A DNA stretch of 64,000 bases from Verrucomicrobiales bacterium (GTDB lineage Bacteria > Verrucomicrobiota > Verrucomicrobiia > Limisphaerales > CANJXF01): positions 1,273-65,272 of the forward strand of contig CANJXF010000007.1 in NCBI GenBank assembly GCA_947478865.1, given 5' to 3'. Under the pieces are notes generated by a model. That model ran no database searches. It saw only the letters and a program-made list of their open reading frames with translations, and was not told the origin of the DNA. Shown here one piece after another: positions 27,532 to 38,289 of this stretch. Numbering within the stretch: the stretch's first letter is position 1; every line of letters starts with the position of its first letter. The position numbers and the translations under genes are program-made.

Positions 27532-28860
27532 CTAGATTCCCGGCCTGCGATTTGCGATTGAAAACTCTCGGGCGACCTGCGCGAAAACTTCCGCTGTTTC
27601 GGCCGCCATCGTTTCCACGCTGAATTTTTCCTGAACCGTTTTGCGGCTAGATTCACCCAGCGACCGGAGATGCGCTGGATTGGCCAGCAGTTGGGCGATT
27701 GCGTCCGCGAGGGAATCTGAATTGGGTTCGCAGATCAGGCCGCCACCCGTCGCTTCAACCAATTCTGGGAACGCAGCGTGGCGCGGTTGCACCACTGGAA
27801 TTCCCGAAGCCATGGCTTCGATGACATACAAACCGAAGGCTTCACCATAGGGCGCTGGAACCGAAAAAAGTGTGAGCGACTGAAAAAACTCCTGCTTCGC
27901 TGCACGGGTAAGATTCGGAAAAAACTCCACGTCGGACAAAAGGCCGTTTGCATTGAGCTTATTGCGCAGCTGTTCGACGAACGGCTCATCCGAAGGACCG
28001 CATCCGCCGCCGATGCGTAATTTTAAATCGTTGCCCTGTTTCTTTTTTCGCAACGCGATGAAGGCATCAACGAGAATGTCCAAACCTTTTTCAGGGCACA
28101 TCCGGGCGAAGTAGCCAAGGGTTGGAAAACTTCCGGTGCCGGGTTCCGCGTTCCGGGTTTTCTCGTAACCTTCCAGGTTGATTCCGTTGTAAATGACGCG
28201 AATCCGGTTGGCCGAAAGCCCCAGGCGCCGTCCCATTAGTTCAGCGAAGTATCTGCTTGGGGCGATAAACAAATCCACCTCAGCAGCGCGTTCCGCCAGC
28301 GTTTTCCAGGCGCGTTCCCGGTGGCTGACGGGCAGCGAATCGAGAAAAGAATCTTCGCCTTGCAAGGAGCAAACGATCGGGACGCCCAGTTCTTTTTTGA
28401 GTCGCCGCGCCATGCCGATGAGCAAAGCATTCGATAGCGAAATAACGTCCGGCTTTTGATTTGCCTTGAGCCAGTCGATGAGCTGATCGAGTTCGCGCGC
28501 TTGATTTCCCTCTTCGCCCTGAATCATCGAAAGAGTCAGCGCGCCGAGATCTTGCGGCCTCGTTTTTCCCGCAAACCCAGCGGCCTGCCTGAGCAAAAAG
28601 GGGGAAGCAAAAAGGCGGTGCAACCAATTGGGCGCATTCCGAAACCAAGGCGATTTTTGCTCGAGATAAACATTGATGCCGCTGAAAAAAATCGGGGTTC
28701 CCTCGCTTTGATCGGCCTCATCCAGGGTGAGCGGAAGGTAAAGCGGCATCATCAAGGTGGAATGGCCGAGCTTGCGCAACGCCGCGACCAACGCGTTATC
28801 GCGAAAACAGCCGCCGCAAAACATCGCGCCGGCACCAGGTGTGATTTGGATGATGTTCAC
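27532..28860 (-). CDS. Glycosyltransferase family 4 (GT-B)
   Basis: 442 aa, with the C-terminal EAFGLYVIEAMASGIPVV (EX7E) motif. GTG start. Confidence 0.85.
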   Translation of the reverse strand: MNIIQITPGAGAMFCGGCFRDNALVAALRKLGHSTLMMPLYLPLTLDEADQSEGTPIFFSGINVYLEQKSPWFRNAPNWLHRLFASPFLLRQAAGFAGKTRPQDLGALTLSMIQGEEGNQARELDQLIDWLKANQKPDVISLSNALLIGMARRLKKELGVPIVCSLQGEDSFLDSLPVSHRERAWKTLAERAAEVDLFIAPSRYFAELMGRRLGLSANRIRVIYNGINLEGYEKTRNAEPGTGSFPTLGYFARMCPEKGLDILVDAFIALRKKKQGNDLKLRIGGGCGPSDEPFVEQLRNKLNANGLLSDVEFFPNLTRAAKQEFFQSLTLFSVPAPYGEAFGLYVIEAMASGIPVVQPRHAAFPELVEATGGGLICEPNSDSLADAIAQLLANPAHLRSLGESSRKTVQEKFSVETMAAETAEVFAQVAREFSIANRRPGI

Positions 28861-28981
28861 GGCCTAAACTTTTGGACTGTGATGTTTCACAGAACCCAAA
28901 TTTGCAGAAACAGTTTCGTTTTTCGAGAACTGTTCTTAACGCCCTTTCCAAAGAAGGCCGCGAGCGTTTTAACACAGTTGG

Positions 28982-30373
28982 TCACGGCTGCTTGAGCCTT
29001 TGACATTCCCCGTCCATTAGTCGCAAGGCCTCTTCAATCACTTCATCTTTCACATCGAGCACGGGTCGGAGACGAATGGATTTTTCGCCGCAGCGCACGA
29101 CCAGCAGGCCGAGTTCGTATGCGCCCTTCCAAAATTGATCGCGCATTTCGCGCTTCGGCAACGTAAAGGCCAGCAGCAATCCGCGCCCACGCACCGCTTT
29201 GATTGTGTCTGGATGTTTCTTCGCCAACTCTTCCAGACCGGCTTTGAACAAGTCGCCTTTGATGCGTGCATTTTCAACGAGCTTTTCGTCTTCGATGATA
29301 CGGAGGTAATGCGTCGAGCGGACGTAATCGGTAAAATTTCCACCCCAAGTCGAATTGATCCGGCTCGGCAGACGAAAAACGTTGTCCCGCACTTCATCGA
29401 GGCGCGGGCCAGCCATCACGCCGCAAACCTGCGCTTTCTTTCCGAAGCAAAGCAAATCAGGCAACACGCCGAAGTGTTCGCAGCACCAGTTTTTTCCGGT
29501 GATGCCCATGCCGACCTGCACTTCATCAAAAATCAGCAGGATGTCGTTCTCGTCGCAGATTTTTCGGAGCGTTTGGAACCATTCCCTGCGGAAATGAACG
29601 TCGCCACCTTCGCCTTGCACCGGCTCGATGATAATCGCGGCGATATCCAAGCCCTTTCTCAAAATTACATCGCGAATCAGCGCCGCCGATTTTTGCTCCT
29701 TTTCGATGACATCCTGCGTGCGAAGCGGTTCGGGCAGCGAGTGGGTGATGCCAGGAGCCGGAATCCTGGGCCACGGAAACTTCGCGAAGTAATCCACTTT
29801 GCGGGGATCCGTGTTCGTGATGCTCATTGTGTATCCGCTGCGACCATGGAACGCATTTTCAAAATGGATGATCTCCGTGCCGCGCTCGCCACGTCCTGCC
29901 GCTAGATTTTTCCGCACCTTCCAGTCCATGGCGGCTTTTAACGCATTTTCAACCGCCATCGCGCCACCTTCGATGAAAAAATAACGTTCCAAAGGCGGCA
30001 AACCCATGACCCGCGCGAACGTGTCCAAAAAAGTGGCGTATTGCACCGTGTAAATGTCCGCGTTGGAGACTTTGATTTTCGCCGCCCGGAGCAAATCCGC
30101 TTCGACCTCAGGATTGTTGAAATAGGGATGATTATAGCCAATGGGTTGCGAAGCGTAAAAAGTGTAAAGGTCAATAAATGTGCGGCCACTCGGGGCATCA
30201 ACCAGGTAGGATCCGCGGCTTCTTTCCAAATCGATGACGATTTTAAATCCGTCCACCAGAATGTGTTTTTCCAGCTCGCCCACGACCTGGCTGGGCCCGA
30301 TGGCAGAGAGGGACAACCCTGCCGTTCGCGCAGGTTTCGGCTGGTGGGGCCTGGTTGTCGCCGATGCTTGCAT
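28982..30373 (-). CDS. lat: L-lysine 6-transaminase-like class III aminotransferase
   Basis: It has the DEVQVGMGITGK motif and a LAT-like N-terminus (HILVDGFKIVIDLERSRGSYLVDA). ATG at 30373; the TTG at 30379 is less likely. Confidence 0.8.
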   Translation of the reverse strand: MQASATTRPHQPKPARTAGLSLSAIGPSQVVGELEKHILVDGFKIVIDLERSRGSYLVDAPSGRTFIDLYTFYASQPIGYNHPYFNNPEVEADLLRAAKIKVSNADIYTVQYATFLDTFARVMGLPPLERYFFIEGGAMAVENALKAAMDWKVRKNLAAGRGERGTEIIHFENAFHGRSGYTMSITNTDPRKVDYFAKFPWPRIPAPGITHSLPEPLRTQDVIEKEQKSAALIRDVILRKGLDIAAIIIEPVQGEGGDVHFRREWFQTLRKICDENDILLIFDEVQVGMGITGKNWCCEHFGVLPDLLCFGKKAQVCGVMAGPRLDEVRDNVFRLPSRINSTWGGNFTDYVRSTHYLRIIEDEKLVENARIKGDLFKAGLEELAKKHPDTIKAVRGRGLLLAFTLPKREMRDQFWKGAYELGLLVVRCGEKSIRLRPVLDVKDEVIEEALRLMDGECQRLKQP

Positions 30374-30493
30374 AAGCAAATCAATCTACTTGAACTTGGG
30401 CCATCGTAAATGCCGCCTGCTCAAAAATGCCCGCCCTGTACTCCGAAAAAATTTTGCCAAGCACCGCATTCGCCCGTATAAACACGCGAACTT

Positions 30494-33400
30494 ATGTCCG
30501 CACAAAAAGCTGTGAGCAAAATCAAATCTTCCGCAGAGCAAAAACCAGCTCCGGCAACCCGCACCTTTAAAAAGCTTCTCGCTGCCAACCGCAGCGAAAT
30601 TTCCATCCGCATTTTCCGGGCGGCGACTGAGCTCGGTCTGCGCACCGTCGCGGTTTATGCCCAGGAAGATCGGCTGTCCATTCATCGTTTCAAAGCCGAC
30701 GAAGCGTATCTTGTCGGGCAGGGCAAAGGCCCGGTCGGGGCGTATCTCGACATCGACGGGATCATCGCGCTCGCCAAGGAAAAGGAAATCGACCTGATCC
30801 ATCCCGGTTACGGATTTCTTTCCGAGAACGCCCACTTCGCCCGCGCCTGCGAAAAAGCTGGAATTGTTTTCGTTGGCCCGCGTCCCGAATTGCTCGAATT
30901 GATGGGCGACAAAACCGCGGCTCGCGGTTTGGCGAAGAAGATTGGCGTCCCGACGTTGCCCGGTACCGACGACCCGATCGAAGAACGCGACAAGGCGCTG
31001 AAGATCGCGCAGGAAATTGGCTTTCCGCTAATTATTAAAGCTGCGTTCGGCGGCGGTGGTCGCGGCATGCGCGTGGTCCACCGGTCAGCGGACCTGATTA
31101 ATCTGCTCGATGAAGCGCGCAACGAAGCGGAGCGGGCGTTCGGAAACGCAGCGGTGTTTCTGGAAAAATATATTCCGCACGCCAAGCACATCGAAGTGCA
31201 GATTCTCGGCGACAAACACGGGAACATCATCCATTTGCACGAACGCGATTGCTCCGTGCAGCGGCGCCATCAAAAAGTGATTGAGATCGCGCCATCGATT
31301 GCCCTCGACGAAAAAGTGCGGCAGGAACTCTGCGACGCAGCCGTGCGCATGGCGAAGGAAGTCAAATACGACAACGCCGGCACAATTGAGTTTCTCTACA
31401 ACCTCGACACGAAAGAATGGTTCTTCATCGAGATGAACCCCCGCATTCAGGTCGAGCACACCGTCACGGAAGTCATCACCGGAATCGATTTGGTGCGGGC
31501 GCAAATGCTGATCGCCCAGGGTTTTGCATTGCACGGACCGGAAATCAATTTGCCGGCCCAGGACAAAATTCCGCGCAACGGATGCGCCGTGCAATGCCGC
31601 GTCACCACCGAAGATCCGGAAAACAAATTCACGCCCGATTACGGCAAGATTTTGACCTATCGGTCCGCCGGCGGCTTCGGCGTCCGGCTCGACGGCGGAA
31701 TGGGTTACGCCGGATCAGTCATCACGCCGTTTTACGATTCGTTGCTGGTGAAGATTACGGCGAGCGGCCAGGATTTTCACATGGCGTTGCAGCGCATGGA
31801 CCGGGCGCTGCGCGAGTTTCGAATTCGCGGCGTCAAAACGAACATTCCGTTCCTCGAAAACGTCATTCACAATAAAATCTTCCGGGATGGCGTTGCCACG
31901 ACCACGCTCATCGATAACACGCCGGAACTTTTTAAATTCAAACCGCGCCGGGACCGCGCCACCAAGCTGCTAAATTTCCTGGGCGACACGATCATCAATG
32001 GCAATCCGCAAGCGAAAGGCTATGTGCCGAAAACGGCCTTGCCGCCCGCAATTCCTCCCGCTTACGACCACAAACAAATTCCGGTCAAAGGCACGCGCCA
32101 GCTTCTGCTCGAACTTGGGCCAAAGAAATTTGCGGAGTGGACCTTGTCGCAAAAGCGCTTGCTCGTCACGGACACAACCTTCCGCGATGCGCATCAATCG
32201 TTGCTCGCGACGCGGGTTCGCAGTTACGACATGCTGGCGATCGCCGGTTCCGTCGCGCGACGCACGCCGGAGCTTTTCAGCTTGGAAATGTGGGGCGGCG
32301 CAACCTTCGACAGCGCGATGCGTTTCCTCCACGAAGATCCGTGGCTGCGCTTGCGGCAGCTTCGCGAAAAGATTCCGAACATTTGTTTTCAAATGCTGTT
32401 CCGCGGCTCGAACGCAGTGGGCTATTCCAATTATCCCGACAATGTCGTCGCCGGATTTGTGAAGCACGCGGCGGAATCAGGCATGGATATTTTCCGCGTG
32501 TTCGATTCGCTGAACTACACGCCGAATTTGAAAGTCGCGATGGAAGCCGTGAACAAAACCCACGCGATCTGCGAAGCGGCGATCTGCTATACCGGCGACA
32601 TTCTCGATCCAAAACGCACTAAATATTCGCTGAAATATTACGTGAAGCTTGCGAAAGAACTCGAGCGCATGGGCGCGCACATGCTGGCGATCAAAGACAT
32701 GGCGGGGCTGTGTCGTCCCTACGCCGCGTTTCAATTGGTGAAAGCGCTCAAGGAAGAAATTGGCATTCCGATTCATTTCCACACCCACGATACGAGCGGG
32801 ATTAATTCCAGCTCCATCTTGCGCGCCTCCGATGCCGGCGTCGATGTGGTTGATCTCGCGATCGCCTCAATGAGCGGCTCGACGAGCCAGCCAAATTTAA
32901 ATTCCCTGGTGGCGGCGCTGCAACACACGCCGCGCGACACCGGGCTTGATTTGCAGGCGCTGGATGAATTTTCGGATTATTGGGAACATGTTCAGCCGTT
33001 CTACAAACCGTTCGACACCGCGCCGCGCAGTGGCAGCGCCGAAGTCTACCTCCACGAAATGCCCGGCGGCCAATACACGAATCTCAAGGAGCAGGCCGCG
33101 AGCATGGGCCTGGGAAATCGCTGGCCGGAAATCGCGCGCACTTACGCCGATGTCAACCAGCTTTTTGGCGACATCGTGAAAGTCACGCCAAGCAGCAAAG
33201 TCGTCGGCGACATGACGATGTTTTTGATCACGCGCGGCATCAAGCCGGCGGACGTCGTGAATCTGGAACCGGGCACAACCTCGTTTCCTGCGTCGGTGGC
33301 GGACATGCTCATGGGCAACCTGGGCCAACCGATCGGCGGGTGGCCGAAGAAATTGCAGACCGTTGTTCTTGGAAAGGAAAAACCCTTGACCGGACGGCCG

Positions 33401-34006
33401 GGCGCCAATCTGAAGCCGCTGAATTTGAAAAAAGTCCGGGAAGAAATCTCCACGAAAATAAAACGCGAGGCGACCGAAGACGATCTCTACAGCCATTTGA
33501 TGTATCCGGAAGTTTTTGCTGAGTTCACGAAATTCAGCCGGGATTTCAGCGATGTTGGCGTGCTGCCGACCCCGGCATTCTTCTACGGACTGAAGCCAAA
33601 CGAAGAAATCTCCATCGACATTGAAGAAGGCAAAACGCTTTTCATCCGGCTCATCAACATCGGCCAGGTGGACAAGGATGGACGCCGCATCGTCACGTTT
33701 GAACTCAACGGAATGCCGCGTGAAACGGCGATTCAGGATCGTTCCGTGCAACCAAAAACAAAAGCGCGCACGAAAGCCGATCCCGCCGATCCAATGCAAA
33801 TCGGCGCGCCGATTCCAGGCTTGATCACCACGCTCAACGCAACGGTTGGAGCAAAGGTCACAAAAGGCGACAAGCTGCTCACCATGGAAGCGATGAAAAT
33901 GCAGACGACCATTTACGCTTCCGCCGATGGAACGGTGGACAAGATTTTTGCGCAAGTCGGCGAGACCGTGGAGAGCAAGGATCTGCTGGTGAAGCTGAAG
34001 GCGTAA
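30494..34006 (+). CDS. pyc: Pyruvate carboxylase (single-chain)
   Basis: 1170 aa, with biotin carboxylase, carboxyltransferase and a C-terminal biotinyl domain carrying EAMKMQT. Confidence 0.97.
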   Translation: MSAQKAVSKIKSSAEQKPAPATRTFKKLLAANRSEISIRIFRAATELGLRTVAVYAQEDRLSIHRFKADEAYLVGQGKGPVGAYLDIDGIIALAKEKEIDLIHPGYGFLSENAHFARACEKAGIVFVGPRPELLELMGDKTAARGLAKKIGVPTLPGTDDPIEERDKALKIAQEIGFPLIIKAAFGGGGRGMRVVHRSADLINLLDEARNEAERAFGNAAVFLEKYIPHAKHIEVQILGDKHGNIIHLHERDCSVQRRHQKVIEIAPSIALDEKVRQELCDAAVRMAKEVKYDNAGTIEFLYNLDTKEWFFIEMNPRIQVEHTVTEVITGIDLVRAQMLIAQGFALHGPEINLPAQDKIPRNGCAVQCRVTTEDPENKFTPDYGKILTYRSAGGFGVRLDGGMGYAGSVITPFYDSLLVKITASGQDFHMALQRMDRALREFRIRGVKTNIPFLENVIHNKIFRDGVATTTLIDNTPELFKFKPRRDRATKLLNFLGDTIINGNPQAKGYVPKTALPPAIPPAYDHKQIPVKGTRQLLLELGPKKFAEWTLSQKRLLVTDTTFRDAHQSLLATRVRSYDMLAIAGSVARRTPELFSLEMWGGATFDSAMRFLHEDPWLRLRQLREKIPNICFQMLFRGSNAVGYSNYPDNVVAGFVKHAAESGMDIFRVFDSLNYTPNLKVAMEAVNKTHAICEAAICYTGDILDPKRTKYSLKYYVKLAKELERMGAHMLAIKDMAGLCRPYAAFQLVKALKEEIGIPIHFHTHDTSGINSSSILRASDAGVDVVDLAIASMSGSTSQPNLNSLVAALQHTPRDTGLDLQALDEFSDYWEHVQPFYKPFDTAPRSGSAEVYLHEMPGGQYTNLKEQAASMGLGNRWPEIARTYADVNQLFGDIVKVTPSSKVVGDMTMFLITRGIKPADVVNLEPGTTSFPASVADMLMGNLGQPIGGWPKKLQTVVLGKEKPLTGRPGANLKPLNLKKVREEISTKIKREATEDDLYSHLMYPEVFAEFTKFSRDFSDVGVLPTPAFFYGLKPNEEISIDIEEGKTLFIRLINIGQVDKDGRRIVTFELNGMPRETAIQDRSVQPKTKARTKADPADPMQIGAPIPGLITTLNATVGAKVTKGDKLLTMEAMKMQTTIYASADGTVDKIFAQVGETVESKDLLVKLKA

Positions 34007-34073
34007 AAAGGCGCTTGGAGAAATCCGCCCGATAGAAAACCCGAAAATGGCGTTTTCAACCTGGCTTAATTTT

Positions 34074-35441
34074 TTAAACCGGCAAAGGCGCGGGCGCTGG
34101 CGCAGCCATCTGGCGTTGCTTGCGCATCACCAGCACCATGGCGCAACCGCCGATAAATCCGAAGCCAGCCATGGTGGGATACCAAACGCCCCAGCCGTAT
34201 TTATCGATCAGCCGACCCGTGATCGGCAGCGCGATGGCCGTTCCGTAATATTGAAATGAATCAATCACGCCGGTGGCAAATCCTGCCATCCGGCGCCCGC
34301 CAATGTCCATTGGGGCCGCCGATCCAACGATGGCGTGCGTGGAATTGGCGGTCAGCGAAACCAGCACCAGAAAGAGGCAGCCCAGGAAAACTCCGGTGGG
34401 GGTCGGCCCGACAACTCCCATGTAAATAATCATTGCCGCGCACAGGATGACCAGGCTTTCCACATAGTAAAGGGTCATGGCCACGGGCGAGCGATGACCT
34501 TTGAAAAAGCGGTCGGACACCCACCCCGCCGTGAACGAGCCCAACACGGCGACGATGGGCATAAGATTCATCGTGTAAAAAACTGCGGGCGGTTTTTTCG
34601 CGAGATCGAGGTGAAGTTGCTCCACGAAATAGAGCACGGCGAGTTGGTCGGAACTGTTGCGCACCGCGCCGGTGCAAGCGTAAGCCACGGCGTAAAACCA
34701 AACGAGCGGATGCTTGAAGATCGTCACAAAGGATTCCTTGAGCGAGGCGCGGGTGCTGTGGTCGCCATCTTTGGCATCGCTTTTTACCACGCCGGAATAC
34801 CCTGCTTCTTCGGGAGACTCCTTGGGAATAAAAACCAGAAGGATGGCCATGATTGCGGTGAAAAACGGCGGAATGCGGAACAACCAGCGCCATCCATGCT
34901 CGGCCACGACCCAGGTGCCGACGGCAAATCCGGCCAGAATAATTGGCGCCAGATTATTGATCATGAATTGGCCGGACTGGATCATTAAACCGAAGATGCC
35001 CGCAAAGGTTCCGCGCTCCTGGCGGTTGAACCATGCGGCGTTGATCTTCACCATGCCGGGCGCTCCGAAGGATTGAAACCATCCGTTCAAAAGCCAGATC
35101 AAAGCGAAGGTGGAAAAGGTTCCGACGAACGAGGCAAAGCCGAAAACCAGATTCACGGCAATCGCTCCAATGGCGCCGATCAGCATGGCCGCTTTGCCGC
35201 CGATCCGGTCGGTGATCAAGCCATTGACGAGCTGCCCGGTGCCGTAGGCGATCGACCATGCGCTGAGCATGTCCGTGATTTGCGTTTTGCTGAACCCGAA
35301 CTCCGCCATCATTCCCGGGGTAGCGAAGCGAAAATTGTAGCGGCACATGTAATACGAGGCATACATGAGGCCGAGGATGAACCAGTTCAAGCCGCGCCGG
35401 GCACGAAAACCAGAAGGATAGCCGAGACGGGTGCTTGTCAT
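34074..35441 (-). CDS. MFS transporter, organophosphate:Pi antiporter (GlpT/UhpC-like) family
   Basis: It has a 12-TM pattern and the N-terminal YASYYMCRYNF block typical of the OPA family. ATG at 35441 is preferred over TTG 35483. Confidence 0.85.
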   Translation of the reverse strand: MTSTRLGYPSGFRARRGLNWFILGLMYASYYMCRYNFRFATPGMMAEFGFSKTQITDMLSAWSIAYGTGQLVNGLITDRIGGKAAMLIGAIGAIAVNLVFGFASFVGTFSTFALIWLLNGWFQSFGAPGMVKINAAWFNRQERGTFAGIFGLMIQSGQFMINNLAPIILAGFAVGTWVVAEHGWRWLFRIPPFFTAIMAILLVFIPKESPEEAGYSGVVKSDAKDGDHSTRASLKESFVTIFKHPLVWFYAVAYACTGAVRNSSDQLAVLYFVEQLHLDLAKKPPAVFYTMNLMPIVAVLGSFTAGWVSDRFFKGHRSPVAMTLYYVESLVILCAAMIIYMGVVGPTPTGVFLGCLFLVLVSLTANSTHAIVGSAAPMDIGGRRMAGFATGVIDSFQYYGTAIALPITGRLIDKYGWGVWYPTMAGFGFIGGCAMVLVMRKQRQMAAPAPAPLPV

Positions 35442-35487
35442 CAAATTGGGCCCAAGCCTAGAAAAACGAAACTCAGGCAGCAACCGA

Positions 35488-35516
35488 AATAAAAAAGGAA
35501 CCGATGCCGGCGTTCC
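35488..35516 (-). terminator. Rho-independent terminator downstream of htpX
   Basis: The minus strand reads GGAACGCCG-GCAT-CGGTTCC (7 bp with a 2-nt bulge) followed by TTTTTTATT, 14 nt after the htpX stop. Confidence 0.7.
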
Positions 35517-35529
35517 GAACGAGTGGAAA

Positions 35530-36444
35530 TTAACGCAGTTGTTCGAGGCGCGCGATGCGTTCCTCCAGTGGCGGATGCGACGCGAATAACATCATCATAC
35601 CCTTGGATTTGCCGGAAATTTTCAGGGTGTTCAGGGACGGCGCATGCTGATCTTCAATAGTGTGTTCGTACATGCGTTGCAACCCGCGCAATGCCGAAAT
35701 CATTTTCTCGCGCCCGGCGTAACGGGCGCTGCCGGCATCGGCGCGGAATTCGCGCCAGCGCGAGAACCAGTTGACCACGATCGCGCCGAGGAGCGACAGG
35801 AGGGTTTGAAAAACCATTACGAGCATGAATTGCATCATGTAACCACCGCCCTCTTCACGACTGTCGCGTGAGCGGAGCGCTTGCGAAACGGCGAAGGCAA
35901 GGATGCGTGCCAGGAACATCACGAGTGCGTTGATGATCCCTTGAATCAACGTCATCGTCACCATGTCGCCGTTAGCGATGTGGGCGACTTCATGCGCGAC
36001 CACGCCTTCGATCTGGTCGCGGTTCATGGTCCTGAGCAATCCGCTGGAAACTGCCACGAGCGAACGCGATTTCGACGGTCCGGTCGCGAAGGCATTAACT
36101 TCCGGAGAATCATAGATGCCAACCTCCGGGCGCTCCGGCAGGCGAGCCGTTTGCGCGAAGCCATAAACCATTTCCAGCAATTCGCGCTGCGTTGAATCCT
36201 GTGTATTTGGGTCAATCACCTTGACGCCCATAAACCACTTGGCGGTCATGCGCGAAATGGCCAACGAGATCAATGCCCCGCCCATGCCCCAGATCGAACA
36301 GAAAACGAGCAAGCCCGTGTAGTTATCCCGGCCGATTCTCTGCGGGACATGGAAAAGGTTCAGCACGATTGTAATCGTGGTGATGACCAAAATGTTCACC
36401 ATTAGGAACAGGAACACCCGCTTGCTGATCTGAAGGAATTTCAT
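35530..36444 (-). CDS. htpX: Zinc metalloprotease HtpX (M48)
   Basis: It has the HEVAHIANGD (HExxH) motif, four TM segments and an HtpX-like C-terminus. Confidence 0.92.
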   Translation of the reverse strand: MKFLQISKRVFLFLMVNILVITTITIVLNLFHVPQRIGRDNYTGLLVFCSIWGMGGALISLAISRMTAKWFMGVKVIDPNTQDSTQRELLEMVYGFAQTARLPERPEVGIYDSPEVNAFATGPSKSRSLVAVSSGLLRTMNRDQIEGVVAHEVAHIANGDMVTMTLIQGIINALVMFLARILAFAVSQALRSRDSREEGGGYMMQFMLVMVFQTLLSLLGAIVVNWFSRWREFRADAGSARYAGREKMISALRGLQRMYEHTIEDQHAPSLNTLKISGKSKGMMMLFASHPPLEERIARLEQLR

Positions 36445-36528
36445 ACTTAATTTAAATTTCTGTCTGTTCGACCGGTTTACAACCGAAATGTTCGAGTCGA
36501 TTGGGCCATTCCCAATCCTCCGTGCAGA

Positions 36529-37659
36529 TTAGACCTCCAAAACCTTTTCGAATTTCGTCAGGTTTCGCATCCCCGTGGCGGTGACATGGGCGACATCTTC
36601 CAGCCGCACTCCTCCGATAGCGGGATAATATAAACCGGGTTCCACCGTGACCACCTGCCCGGCTTTCAACGTATCGGTCGAGCTGCTGCCGATGCGCGGA
36701 GCTTCGTGGATTTCCAAGCCAAGCCCATGGCCGGTGCCGTGAAAAAATCCCTGCATCCGCCCGTTGCGTTTCCCGGTTTGGTAGCCTTCTTTTTTGAAGA
36801 GCGACTGAATTTCCTGATGAATGGCCGCGCTATTGGCGTCGTGCCGGATTCTACGAAAAGCGATCTCCTGCCCGGCAGCCACGGTGTGATACAGCTTGCG
36901 AATGGCCTCGCTGGCGCGGCCTTTTACAACTGTTCTGGTGATGTCCCCAAAATAGCCGGTCTTCTGTGAGCGCGGAAAAACATCGAGAATAATTGACTCG
37001 TTGGCGCGCAGCGGACCGAAACCACGTTCGTGGGGATCGCATCCCTGCTTGCCGCCAGCGACGATGGTGTGGTTGGCCAATCCGCCAGCCTGAATGATGG
37101 CAATATCAATGATCGCGCGCAATTTCTCAGAGGTAAGCGGCACGCCGCGGTAAATCAGCTTGCGATCTTTGGCGATCTTCGAGGATTTCAACGCTTGAAT
37201 TCCTTCCGCCAGGCCGACTTCGGCCATCATCAACGCGGCGCTGATTTTTTTTACTTCCTCGGCGGATTTGATTTCGCGCTCGGGAAAGAAGGCGGTTTCG
37301 CGGACATCGACAGTGATTTTAAGATCGCGCAATTCACGCGCCAATCCGTGCGGAAAATTATTTGGAACCAATATCTTCTTGAGTCGCTTTTCGCGCAGAA
37401 GCATGGCGATGACCGGGGCGAAACCGGCGGAAGCGGCCCCAAGCTTGCGCAGTTTTTGCTGGCATTGGCTCAGTGAAATAATCCGGCAATGCGAAGCCTG
37501 TTTGCGGGCGCGATCAATTTCCAAATCGTTCATCACGACATGGCATTTGCCGCCCATGCGCAAATAGACAAACGGATCCGGCACGAACATTTTCACCGCG
37601 TAAAGCATGTTCGCGTCATGCTCGCTATCAGCCACGATCAATAAGTTTTCGCGGTCCAT
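36529..37659 (-). CDS. M24 family Xaa-Pro peptidase
   Basis: It has pita-bread-fold metal ligands in the contexts DVFPRS..GYFGDITRT and HGTGHGLGLEIHE. Confidence 0.9.
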   Translation of the reverse strand: MDRENLLIVADSEHDANMLYAVKMFVPDPFVYLRMGGKCHVVMNDLEIDRARKQASHCRIISLSQCQQKLRKLGAASAGFAPVIAMLLREKRLKKILVPNNFPHGLARELRDLKITVDVRETAFFPEREIKSAEEVKKISAALMMAEVGLAEGIQALKSSKIAKDRKLIYRGVPLTSEKLRAIIDIAIIQAGGLANHTIVAGGKQGCDPHERGFGPLRANESIILDVFPRSQKTGYFGDITRTVVKGRASEAIRKLYHTVAAGQEIAFRRIRHDANSAAIHQEIQSLFKKEGYQTGKRNGRMQGFFHGTGHGLGLEIHEAPRIGSSSTDTLKAGQVVTVEPGLYYPAIGGVRLEDVAHVTATGMRNLTKFEKVLEV

Positions 37660-37661
37660 AA

Positions 37662-38285
37662 TTACACTCCGAAGAGCCGATCTCCGGCATCACCCAAGCC
37701 AGGCAGGATGTAGCCTTTTTTGTTTAAGCGACGGTCAATTGAGGCGGTGAAGATCGGAAAATTTCCGCAATGCTCGCGCACCTTCTCAATGCCTTCGGGT
37801 GCGGCAATCAGATTGACCATGCGAATATGTTTTGCGCCGCGCTCGGCCAGCAGGTTAAACGCAGCAATGGCGCTTCCGCCGGTGGCCAGCATTGGATCGA
37901 TCAAGATGACTTCAAAGTTGCGCAAATCTTCAGGCAAACTTTTGTGATAAGACGTCGCCTGCAACGTCGTTTCCTCGCGCTTGAGGCCGATGAATCCGAC
38001 TCGCGCATGGGGAATCAATTGCAGGATCGAATCGAGCATGCCAAGACCGGAACGCAAAATGGGCACCAGCACAACTTCGCGCCGCAATTGGCAGCCGCGC
38101 GTTTTTTGCATCGGCGTTTTAACCGTGATGGGTTTCGAAGCAAACGAACGGGTTGCCTCGTAAACCATCAGCGCGGCGACTTCGCTCAGGACGCGGCGAA
38201 ATTCTTGCGCGCCAGTGCGTTCGTCGCGCAGGCGCGTGAGGTTGTGCTGCACCAACGGGTGCGTAATCACGGTGACGTTTTTCAC
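37662..38285 (-). CDS. upp: Uracil phosphoribosyltransferase
   Basis: The 207-aa product from GTG 38285 (MKNVTVITHPLVQHNL) has the PRPP motif VILIDPMLATGGSA. The longer ORF to 38426 overlaps sppA and is not Upp-like. Confidence 0.93.
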   Translation of the reverse strand: MKNVTVITHPLVQHNLTRLRDERTGAQEFRRVLSEVAALMVYEATRSFASKPITVKTPMQKTRGCQLRREVVLVPILRSGLGMLDSILQLIPHARVGFIGLKREETTLQATSYHKSLPEDLRNFEVILIDPMLATGGSAIAAFNLLAERGAKHIRMVNLIAAPEGIEKVREHCGNFPIFTASIDRRLNKKGYILPGLGDAGDRLFGV

Positions 38286-38289
38286 GAGT

